A stretch of 64,000 nucleotides of DNA, from contig CATNEN010000001.1 in NCBI GenBank assembly GCA_950097015.1, positions 1,550,001 to 1,614,000 of the forward strand, given 5' to 3'. The notes beneath the pieces were generated by a model. That model did not search any database. It saw nothing but the letters and a program-made list of their open reading frames with translations, and had not been told where the DNA came from. This document shows, in pieces, positions 22,401-32,747 of this stretch. The translations under genes were made by a program, and so were the position numbers. Numbering within the stretch: the stretch's first letter is position 1; each line of letters starts with the position of its first letter. This DNA comes from Macrostomum hystrix (lineage: Eukaryota > Animalia > Platyhelminthes).

Positions 22401-24199
22401 TCACCAATAAATCCTTGATCCCCTTGCAATAATTTACAAAAATTCCCAGCTCGCCAGTTATACATTATTTTGAGTCCCAAATGTCACTTCCCACATCAAT
22501 CAATCATGATTATCAACTAGAATCCCAAAAAGTGAATAAGCCCAAGCTACACTATATAAGAATCCCAAATGAAAGCTCAGCTGAATCCACCCCAACCCAG
22601 GTTGCCGAGTACCTTCGCCGTCGCGAGGACACCATCCGGGCCATCATCAGCAAGATGATCGGCGACGACTCTGGCCAAGGCGGCTCCAACGATCTGGCAG
22701 CGGAGCTGACTCGCAGCAGTCCTCTAGCCGGCCTGGGCGAAGATTCTGCCGAGAGTGTCGACGACCCCGGACAGGACTTCGACGCCTGGCGCCCGGACCC
22801 GGTTGAGGCCTACAGCAGCTGCGGCAGTTTGAGCAGGCAGCCATCTGACCTGCTCTCGTTGCTTGTTGGCATCTACGGCTCAAAGCGTTTATTTATTAAC
22901 GAATATCAGAGCATGCTGGCTAGTAGGCTATTGGACAGTCTCAGCTTCAAGGTGGACCGCGAGATCAAGAATGTGGAACTGCTCAAACTGCGATTTGGAG
23001 AAATGGATCTCATTAAAAGCGAGGTGAGTCCGCTTCTGAGTATAGAGAATGGTAGATTGGCTGGTAGAGAGAATGGTAGATTAATGGGGTAGAGAGAATG
23101 GTAGATTAATGGGGTAGACAGAATGGTAGATTAATGTGGTAGACAGAATGGTAGATTAATGGGGTAGAGAGAATGGTAGATTAATGGGGTAGAGAGAATG
23201 GTAGATTAACGGGGTAGAGAGAATGGTAGATTAATGGGGTAGAGAGAATGGTAGATTAATGGGGTAGAGAGAATGGTAGATTAATGGGGTAGAGAGAATG
23301 GTAGGCTTCTCAGTAGAGTGGTTTGCAGAATTTCTCCTAAATCTCCTCATAATCCCTTAACCTCCACAATCTGGCAGGTGATGCTCAAAGACGTTGAAGA
23401 TTCTCGCCGTCTCTGCACCCTGATCTCCAGCGGTTCATCAGCCCTCGGCGGCAGTCGCCAGCAGCAGCAGCAGCAGCAGTCATTCTCAGTCTCGGCGCTG
23501 ATTCTGTCCGCCCAGTTCTGGCCGGCATTCGCTCCGCGCCGAATGTCCGGCCTGCCATCCCAGCTGGCTGCGGCTAGCGAGAATTTCGCCAGACGCTTCA
23601 GCGCCCAGAAGTGCAACCGTGGCCTGGAGTGGCGGCCGCAGCTAGGCCGAGTCCAGCTGCGCATTGAACTAGCAGGCCGAGAACTGGAGCTAGCCTGCAA
23701 GCCTGCTCAATTTGCCATTCTGACTGCGTTTCTAGATAGGCGCGAGATGAGCCTTGCCGACGTGGCCGAAGCTGCCCAGCTGCAGTTGTCCTACGCCAGG
23801 CGCAACATCGGCTTCTGGGTGCAGCAGGGCCTGCTAGCTGAGCCCCGGCCCGAACTGTTCTGCTTGCTCGATGGCAGCTCGTCTACCGCTGCCGCCTCCA
23901 CTCAGTCTGGCGCTGCCTCTGCCGCGGTTGCTGCTGCCGACGATGTTGAAGCCGACGTAGATACAGGCGGTGGCAGCGACGGCTCGGAAGAGACCTGGGA
24001 GTGCCTGTGGAACTATGTTGTCGGCATGCTCACTAACATGGACTCGTGCATGTCCGTGGACCGAATCCGCACCATGCTCCAACTATTCCTAGTCGATCCC
24101 AGTGTAGAATTGGACCAGAGAAAACTCAAGGCCTTCCTAGACGACAAGGTTCGCGACGGTCGGCTGACGATGCAGGGCAGCATGTACAAGCTGGCCTGA
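19424..24199 (+). CDS. ANAPC2: Anaphase-promoting complex subunit 2 (cullin-homology), ~771 aa; exons 19424-19801, 20239-20931, 22601-23023, 23378-24199
   Basis: RIRQLFSMTIDYPDS, RLLHPGVATPDIL..YI..LRILDPSGV, YLRRREDTIR, WRPDPVEA, LVGIYGSKRLFINEY, ELLKLRFGE..EVMLKDV.DSRR, ILSAQFWP, C-terminal winged helix (YVVGMLTN..RI..ML). All introns are phase 0 GT-AG. Confidence 0.95.
19855..20160. repeat. 37-bp minisatellite in ANAPC2 intron 1
   Basis: (GGATTGCTAGTCTATTCCATGGATGTAAGAACAGAAT)n, ~8 copies. Confidence 0.9.
21090..22425. repeat. 32-bp minisatellite in ANAPC2 intron 2
   Basis: (AATAAATCCCAGATCCCATAGCTAGAATCACC)n, ~40 copies with block duplications. Confidence 0.95.
23045..23303. repeat. 25-bp minisatellite in ANAPC2 intron 3
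   Basis: (GAGAGAATGGTAGATTAATGGGGTA)n, ~10 copies. Confidence 0.95.
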
Positions 24200-24877
24200 C
24201 TGGGATGAACTAATTAACAAAAATCTGCATTTTCAAAGTCATTTTATTGCTATATTACTAATGTGTTTTTTATTAATTAAAATAGTAGTATACATATAGC
24301 CTTGAATGGCTTGTTAACAATTGTGCAGTTTGCAAATAAAAAAGGTCTTTAGAAAATTAAATATAGTCGTAGTTGTGTTTATTTTTTTAGCGTAATTTGC
24401 TAATTTTTTAGTCTACATTCAGGTCACCACACCCACCCACGTTATAGTTGAAATAAAAATAGAAATACTTGCAGGAAGGGCTGTCAGCACTAGTGCATTA
24501 TTTAGTAATGTACTCCCTCACTGTACCTTAAAGTTTTGACCCAACCTTTCTCACCCAATAAGTACAATAAGCAGCCAAATATTTTCGCCTCGCCGCCTCA
24601 GAAACTTCAATGCGAGACTACTTGCTTCTACTTGCTTCAGTTGGTTAACCCCAGTCAGTCTGTTTGTCTATGTGTTCTGCCTGTAAAATTTTCTCCTCGA
24701 TTATTTGGCAAAGTTCGTTGCAATTTTCTGGACTCTTTCAGGACGCAAAATGCAACGGAAAAACCGCGTGAATGCCGCGGTTTTCCTGTTTTAATATCTT
24801 CTAACCTTTATAAGCCAGGCTTTCAGTATCAAGTGACTTAGCTGGTCACTCCCCCTGGTCTTGCAGGTCACTCAGTC

Positions 24878-26452
24878 ATGGAGCTGTTTTACAAGTCCAG
24901 GATGGCCAATCCGCTGGCTCCTCTACCTGTTCATCTGTTATGTCCCGCCTGCAAGCAGCCGCTAAGGAATGCATTCCAGACACCGCAAGGCTTTCGACTG
25001 TGCGAGGCGTGCGTCAATAAGCTTCATCCGACGCGGCGAACCGTCTGTCCGGGCACCACGGATGCCGACAACGACGACAACACCGATGGCGACGGGCAAA
25101 GACTGGTGTGCCGCAGTCAGTGCGTAGTCGATCTGGGAATTCGGAACGAACTGTCCCGGGTGAAGGTGTCTTGTCCAAATTATTCTCGTAGCGGCTGCAA
25201 TGAGCAGATGTACTGGAAGCAGATAGACCGTCATCTAACAGAGGACTGCAAATTTGAGATGATGGAGTGTCGGCACTGCTCAGCCAGCATCTCAGTGTAC
25301 GCCATCAAGCGAAGTCATCTTAACTTGCAGTCGGAAACCTGCTGCTCAAACTATCGCTCACACTGTCCACATTGCGGCCAATGGGGCCTGACGCGTGACC
25401 AAATGAATCGATCGGATTATTTGCAACACGCAGCCGAGTGTTTAGAGATTCCAATTCAGTGCCCGCTGGCTGACTTCGGCTGCCGCGAGATGTTGAACCG
25501 CGCGATTCTAGACGATCACTTAAAAAACAGATCTAGTGAGCACTTGCTCATGTTGGCAAGCACTGTCAAGAAGCAGCAGGTTGAGATCAACAATGCTGCC
25601 ATGCGTAGCCGGTGTGATGGCGACAGGATTAGCAAGTTGGAAAAGGAGAATAAGCTACTGAAGGCCAGGGTAAAAACTCTCGAAGCTGGACGGCAGGTCT
25701 GTACAACTGATAATAAGCCAGTTGTTATAAATAGCTCTTTAATCTCAATAAAATAAAAATAATAGTAGCTGCTGTCGGTACTGCCGCATCATTTTGCACA
25801 CACACACATCGCCATACCTACTAGGTATTATTTTCACAAACTCTAATCTTCACAACGCGTCAATGCTCTACTGAGACAAGATAGCACCTGAGCTTTTCAC
25901 AAGTTCAAAAATGAAAAAATAACAACCCTTTAAATCCAGAATGGTCAGTTGTGATAATAGCCGACATGAGGAAATTTTGTGAGCAGAAAAATTATGCCTA
26001 TATTTGTGGTTTTTGCCACTAGACACCCCGACGAGAATCTTTGAAAATCTATACGATGCCGATGTTTTGTGATTCTGGAAGTTGTGATTCCGGATTCTCA
26101 TGGGATTAGTTGAAGATTTTGGTTGATACAGAAAAAAGAAAAATGTGGGTTTTCGAAATAGCCCTGTAGCCTTTGTACTGTTAGGACTATAGTCCTCTTT
26201 AGTGTCAGTTTCTCGAGAAGCCCCAAGCCTTCTAGCTCTGCGGCTGCATTCCGATTAGATGCGAATCCACGCGTAACATTATTATTCTAGGCACTGCCTG
26301 GCCCCATCAGCAGTCGAGTGACACCGAATCTGACTGCTCTGCGCCAGTTGGACTCAAACTTGAGTTCGTTCGCCTGCAGCCGCACGCATCGAAAGCGCGC
26401 CCAGTCAGAGTGCTTACTCGAGGCCACTGGCGAGAACGATGTTCCTATGTAG
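24878..26452 (+). CDS. TRAF-like protein 1 (degenerate RING, TRAF zinc fingers, coiled coil, no MATH domain); exon 24878-25696 plus probable exon 26291-26452 (~326 aa), or unspliced to 25756
   Basis: CPAC..QTPQGFRLCEAC, DLGIRNELSRVKVSCPN..GC..HL..C, CRHC, HAAEC..CPLADFGC..LDDH..EHL, then heptads. The phase-0 CAG|GT...TAG junction leads to an open GC-rich 54-codon exon. Confidence 0.8.
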
Positions 26453-27494
26453 GAATAGGACAACGACCCATTCAATAGAGAAGTGCCTCAAACTCGTATT
26501 CTCAAATTTAACTGTAAATATTTATTGTTTTTTTACAACTTTTTTCTATTGGCTATTCAATTCATGCCGGGTGCAACATTTAGTTCACAAATTGATCTTA
26601 TTTTTTGTTAACACTCAGTCATTTTCACTGCACCACTTTTAGTATCGCATAATGTCGCTGTGTATTGACATTTTCTAATTTTAAACATTTTACCTATATA
26701 TATATATATATGTTTTTACTATGAGGAATCATAATCTATCAATAAGTCTAGCCATATATTAAGTATTAGTTTCTACTGAAGTACATTACAATATCAGTCC
26801 TTTTAGTACACACTACGTAAATATATGTAAATTAATAATATAATAGCGCGTTGAAAAGGTTCATTTTCATTCATTGTTCTCGTGCTTTAGAGTAAAACCC
26901 TTAAGGGCCGTTACGTTAATGCTGTGATTTTAAACAATAGCTTTGTACATCCTACTATTATGGAGTGTAGGATTATGTGGAATATGTATAGCTGTCAATT
27001 AATTGACTTACCGAAAAAATAAGCACACATAGATGACGTGCGCGTTTAATAATAATAATAAAATAATAATAAGAATAAGATAAAGTACGAAAATAAGACG
27101 TATAATTGCAGTATTTGATGCTAAGATGCTAACTATAGAAGTCCTTTATAACTCGCACTCACAGTCCTCAGCCGTTCTAGGCCATAGACAACGATTTCAA
27201 GTGGGGCTTAATAGTATTCAAATGTGTCTCGGCTCGACCCATAGACGGTTATTAAATCGGTCAGCAATTGAACAGCAGTCTGATCGCGACATATTTGAAA
27301 GAATGCTTTTGTACCATAGACGATCTTTTTAAAATCCGCTTTGCCAATTAAATACACACGGGCATTTTTGTGTTGGCAAACAACACAAAACAATATACTT
27401 CTATATCATATGGCTCCTTAAGTTAGCATAAATAGGTCGTGTATTTTATGTGTCGATGCCTCTCAGCTATGCCCTTTAATTAGGTTTACCGTTA

Positions 27495-27572
27495 GGGGGG
27501 TGATTTGCAGAGCGTTTAACGCGTTTGCCTCTCGCACAAAGGTCCCTTAGCTTGATTCCGCGGCGAGGCCAC
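27495..27572 (+). mobile_element. SINE family B tRNA-like head
   Basis: GGGGGTGATTTGCAGAGCG..GCGTTTGCCTCTCGCAC..GATTCCGCGGCGAGGCCAC (A/B-box-like). Confidence 0.7.
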
Positions 27573-28149
27573 TTCAACCCATAAACATAGACATTAAGTT
27601 AAACCCATAGACATTGAACTTTCAGCGACTTTCATGTCGCAGAAGCGAGGGGGAATTTGAGTGGTTTTTGTCTTGTCTGGAAAAATTAATTGCCGTTTTG
27701 GCAAACTAGGTTGCAAAAAGGTATATTAGCTCGTATAATTATAGATCTGCTGTTTTTGTTCATTAATTGCTGCTGCATAACTCGCTCACGAGTTGGCAAG
27801 ATCGTGTCATAGACTCGTGACAAATCTCACTCAATCGGTTTTTTACTTATATTTTTTTCCTCCATCCCTTCCCTTCTACTGACCCTTCTACTGACCTTCG
27901 CAATATATATTTCCAGGATTTTCTAAAAATAAAAAGACTATTTTTAAACGTCCTAGAGATTTCCTAATAGAAAGAAAGATGGTACCTATTTTTTAATTTG
28001 TGTCTGAGATTTTTCTTGTTTTAACCAGTTGAACATAGCTACGAGTATAAACAAAGTAAACCGTATTTTAATCTAAAGATAGGGTAGTAAAATGGAAAAA
28101 AAAATCCGCGGAAAATCCGCGGAATTTCCGTTAGACCACTATATATGGT

Positions 28150-29256
28150 ATGAACATGAACGCCACAAAAAACGTCCAAAGCTGCCTAAGCGTCACAATA
28201 GGCATGACCAGGGAACTTGAACTCTCAAGAGAGGCTTTAAGGGCCAAACCTGTGCTAAAAAAGTCGATTCCGTCGCACCTGAGATGTAACGGCTGCTCGC
28301 AGCTGCTCATTAACTCATCCCAGACTGCGCACGGATGCCGTCTGTGCCAGAGGTGTGTTGACACTCATCGACTGTGTCCTTGCGCTCGAGGTGACAGCAC
28401 AAACGAGGACCACCAGGAGAGATCAAACCGGGCCACCAGCTTCAAATGCGCCCCCGATTTGGGCACCAGAAGGGAGCTTCTAGAACTCACCGTGCACTGC
28501 CCGAACATGGAGCTCGGCTGCCGGAAGCTGCTACCCTGGAAGCTGGTAGACAGACACCTGGATAACGAGTGCGACTTCAACAATGTGAAATGCGACCTGT
28601 GTTCGCGTACGGTACCGAAGTTCAAGCTGCAGCGCGACGGCGGTCACTGGAATCTGCAGTCAGCCGACTGCTGCCGACAGCTCCGAGGCCCCTGTCCGCT
28701 TTGCGGCGACTCCAGCAGGATGCTGAACCGACAGGAGTTTGTGGAACACCTGAGCGCGTGTCCAGAGAGACTCGCTGATTGCAAATACCTGCAGAGCGTC
28801 GGCTGCCAGGCAAAGCCCAGCTTGTCCCAGCTGGAGGCGCACTACAACTCTGGTACTGACGGACACATTGAGCTCATTCTCAACTGGTTCCAGAAGGAAT
28901 TAGAAAACTTGGCCCGATGTTTCGAGCAAATGAATGAACTGAAGGATGCCGAGCTAAAAAACTTGAGGCAGGATCTGAACAAAGTCTTGGCAGCTCAAGA
29001 GTTAACAGGCTCGGAGCTTCGGGCTTTAACGCGAGGCACGAAGAATCTCCAAAGCAGACTAGACCTGAAGGATGCTGAGCAGCTTGACTTCAAGCGCCTG
29101 CAGCTGGGCCATTGTTGGGCCGGGGACACGCTAGACAAGTCGCCGAAGGAACTGAAGCCGACCCGACTAAAGGAGGCTCCTCGTTCGTGTCGAGTCAAGA
29201 AGAGACGCTCGTGTAGATCGTCCGGGTTGAATAGAAGCAAGAAGAGAGCGCGTTGA
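28150..29256 (+). CDS. TRAF-like protein 2 (variant RING, TRAF zinc fingers, coiled coil, basic tail, no MATH domain), intronless, 350-368 aa
   Basis: CNGC..QTAHGCRLCQRC, PDLGTRRELLELTVHCPN..GC..HL..EC, CDLC, CPLC..EHL..CP..CKY..VGC..LEAH..HI. The start could be 28150 or 28204. Confidence 0.85.
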   Translation: MNMNATKNVQSCLSVTIGMTRELELSREALRAKPVLKKSIPSHLRCNGCSQLLINSSQTAHGCRLCQRCVDTHRLCPCARGDSTNEDHQERSNRATSFKCAPDLGTRRELLELTVHCPNMELGCRKLLPWKLVDRHLDNECDFNNVKCDLCSRTVPKFKLQRDGGHWNLQSADCCRQLRGPCPLCGDSSRMLNRQEFVEHLSACPERLADCKYLQSVGCQAKPSLSQLEAHYNSGTDGHIELILNWFQKELENLARCFEQMNELKDAELKNLRQDLNKVLAAQELTGSELRALTRGTKNLQSRLDLKDAEQLDFKRLQLGHCWAGDTLDKSPKELKPTRLKEAPRSCRVKKRRSCRSSGLNRSKKRAR

Positions 29257-29416
29257 TCGCGTTTCGTAAATCAATTGCGACCATTTTCGACGCACTTTTA
29301 CGCTTTCGCGCCCTTATTATTCTAGTTGTGTCAAGCATGTTTAAGTCTTGTACGCTCGTAGTTCTGAGCTCGAATCTTTAAGGAATAGTGAAACTATTTG
29401 TATCGTGAAGCCAATC

Positions 29417-29495
29417 GCTGCCACAGTAACATAATTTATATATAATAGCAACCAATACCATTGCTATTATATATAAATTATGTTACTGTGGCGGC
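29417..29495. repeat. Near-perfect 79-bp palindrome (foldback/MITE-like)
   Basis: GCTGCCACAGTAACATAATTTATATATAATAGCAA / TTGCTATTATATATAAATTATGTTACTGTGGCGGC with a 9-nt spacer. Confidence 0.85.
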
Positions 29496-29708
29496 CCTGA
29501 GTTCATTTACATAGCTAATTAGCAGCTGCAACTCTCCTAATAGCTGTAAATCTGTGACATCAGATTTTTTCTTTTATCTTCTATCGATCTATTAGATTAG
29601 GTAAGCTTAAAATGTTATATATTTTATAGCATGATCTTTATAGGTTTTAGTTTCTAAAAAGTTGGCATGTTAACTACTTAATAATCATTTACAATTGTGA
29701 TTAGTACT

Positions 29709-29759
29709 CGAGGTCCACTGTAGAAATTATACTACTAACTTATAATACAGTGGTCCTTG
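29709..29759. mobile_element. 51-bp hAT-type micro-MITE
   Basis: TIR CGAGGTCCACTGTA / TACAGTGGTCCTTG; 8-bp TSD TTAGTACT / TTTGTACT. Confidence 0.65.
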
Positions 29760-30807
29760 TTTGTACTCTTGTTAAATTGGGAATTGTACTGTTTAAACAG
29801 TAATAGTGTTATGATTTAAGTGATGCCATTGTTACTTATAAAACGATGGAACAGGCTATTATTTACAATAAATGTGTTTATTTTTTAATTCCGGCTTTTC
29901 AGTGCAGACTCTAGGTAAGGTTCGTTCACCTGACACTGCCGAGAAAGGCCGGAACACATGATTTCACTTGTTACATTACTTTTTCTATAGATTTAAAATT
30001 AATTATATCGACTAAAAACAAGCGATTTGACAGAGGAAAATCGCGGGAGGTATTTCATTTTTCTTCTTTATGTATTCAAAACACGAGCTAAAATTTTCCG
30101 TTCTATCTGATCAAAAAACTTCCAGAAACACAAAACACCGGCATCGTCGAGTTTCTCAACGATAATCGGCTGAGCGTCCGGTGGCAAGAACAACAAACAG
30201 AACAATATAAAAATTTTTGCTTACAAAATTTTATCTTAGTAACCATGTCGACTATCATTGTTAGCTATCGTTAATTTTATCATTATTGAACCAGCATGAA
30301 CTCGTCATAGGGGTTTCTACAGAGCAATGTCACTGGTTCTTGTCACCAGGGTCTCCGATAAGAATAGCTAAATATCTCAACGATGCTGACTCGCACGGCT
30401 TTGAAAGTCAGCTAATCGTAAAGGGTGGAAAATTTCGATTCAGATGGAGTTTTACGAAAATCGGTCATTCGGTTTGGGAGCTATCGGGAAGTAGGCAGTG
30501 AGTATTTGAAATTCCCCCGAGAAGTCTTTCTATACTGTTGAAGGTAGTACAAACGACAGGGCTTATATAATTTAGTGCTATTAAATAAAATAAAATGTAT
30601 ATAATTTAATTTATGCCTTTTACTAGTACAGTCCTTTCTACAACTTAGCTCGTATTGATTTTCTGGAGTTGTTAATCGGGATCAATTCTTGAAATAGATG
30701 GATAGATAGATAGCTAGATAGACTGTGGCTTTACCGTGGATTAACCGCGGATTAACGGTGTTCATTAACCGTGGATTTTCCCCAGATTGAAGTCAAAATG
30801 GAACTAA

Positions 30808-31269
30808 ATGCACATGGTTTGTAGCAAATCGACATTTCAAGTTCAAGCAGAGAGCAGATCAATAACAGAAGTCAAAGAGAACATGAAAAAGTCAATCGAA
30901 GAATCGGCAAGTGCTGATCTGGGAGATGTTAGGCGAGGCACGAGGCATGCCCGGGATGTTCTGGCACCCGATAAACTGATGCACTACGGGATTGATTGGT
31001 ACACAATCTTCATTGGCCCAGCATATTGTGCGCTGTTTTTTGCCATCTGTCTTCTTTTTTACAATGCTCCAAGCTCTATGCCTAGCAGTGACGGATCAGA
31101 TGGTGCTTCAAGCCTGTATCATTTATTAGGCTATAAAAAGTTTTCTGTTCTACTAAGACGCCAGTTAATGTGTTATGCGCTTCGTTATCTGCGGCTTCTT
31201 ATTCTGGTTAGGCTATGCGAACTCTCGAAACTTCACCCGTTATTAAGTACTTACAATCCCTATGCATGA
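30808..31269 (+). CDS. Possible small orphan membrane protein
   Basis: 153-aa ORF with a hydrophobic segment (WYTIFIGPAYCALFFAICLLFY); 3' splice-site-like TTTTCCCCAG at ~30776-30785; no recognisable family. Confidence 0.3.
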   Translation: MHMVCSKSTFQVQAESRSITEVKENMKKSIEESASADLGDVRRGTRHARDVLAPDKLMHYGIDWYTIFIGPAYCALFFAICLLFYNAPSSMPSSDGSDGASSLYHLLGYKKFSVLLRRQLMCYALRYLRLLILVRLCELSKLHPLLSTYNPYA

Positions 31270-32179
31270 ATTGTGTGTTTTTAAGTTTCGCTGTATATTC
31301 GTAACTGTATGTGAGACTCATTTCCAACCTTACTACTAACGCCATCTGCAGTAGTCTATGGAAAGTATTAACTTCTGTTTTATATTACTGATTTTCCATA
31401 AATAGTCTATGGAAAAAGTTTATGTTTAAGTATGCTATTGGTTCCCTTCTAGGTTAGTTGGATCATACGTAGACGTATAAAAAGGCTCCTAATTCTAGCT
31501 GCCATCATGTGACACATTTTTGTGCAAAAAATTGACGTTCAAATGAATTGTAAGAAATGTGCTCTCGCAGCCTTTGATACCGGTGCAGTGAACGAGCATT
31601 AAACAGTCTATAAAAGAGTTTTGTGTTTTGTGCATACATGTAATCCTATTGAAAGACTTAGTGTTTACGATAAGCTTTGTCATCGTCAGTGGTAATTAAT
31701 TCTCAACGCCTTCATTAACTGTCAGTTTGTCTACTTCAATTTATCTCTAGTAAACATTTTTGTATCAAACATACCGACAATGACATAACAGAAAAATACA
31801 TCTGCATGCATAAATGCATTTCAATCAGTTGCTTATTTTGTCTCCGTATAAAAATTAGAAAGATTAGAAAGGTTATGTTAGGCTTGCACTGCAGTGTTCT
31901 CGTGTTCTGCACGAGTTCGTTAATCGTTATCGCTGAATTCTTAACTGCTCTTATTTTGCACTTCTGTTGGGCTGAGAAATACTTGGACGTAGAAGTAAAA
32001 TTAAATGTAATACAACCTAAAAAATAAATTCATTACATCCAGTTTATTTCTTAGTTTATCATTGTGCTCTGACGCGGTAATTCCACGGTAATTCTACGGA
32101 ATTACCGCGGAAAAGCCGCACTATTAGACGCGAGCGTGCAACATTTACTATAAGTACATATGCTGATAGTAGAAATTAA

Positions 32180-32410
32180 CGAGGGCGTTTTACGACGTCG
32201 AAATCTCACATCGTCGAAAAATTAAATTGCCACAACGCCGAAACATCACGTCGAATTGCGCTGCAGAGATGGCTACAAGGCAACTTCACAATGTCACAAA
32301 GTATCCTCTCTCTGCAGTGCTATTCGACGTTGTGAATTTTCATTTGATGTATGCTCTGTTATAATAATTTTTTGTCGATTAAATATAGTCAAATGTTGTC
32401 AAGTCGTCGT
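32180..32410. mobile_element. Degenerate foldback/MITE
   Basis: CACGTCGAATTGCGCTGCAGAGA pairs with TCTCTGCAGTGCTATTCGACGTTGTG; flanks are rich in GTCGAA/TCGAC motifs. Confidence 0.5.
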
Positions 32411-32747
32411 TGATAGTTTTAAGATTTGTTTTTTTCCTGAGTAAGGAGAAACAGTATACTTTTTTCTTAAGTATAAAATCTTATTACTGTTTGTAAAGAA
32501 AATAAGGGGCGGGACATGTGTTTGGATAACAATGCCATAGCTAAAATATCGTAAAGGAATCCAAATGTACAATGAAATATTGAAAATGAACTTTAAATTT
32601 TAATACACTTATGTATTGATTGTGTGTAGGGATTATGAATCGCCACAATAGCGTCTACTTGAGTTGAAGCAATCTTGATGTCAACGGAGTAGGAGAGAGA
32701 GCAGGCTGTGCATCTCACAATCTGAAACGTGTACACGAAGACACGAT

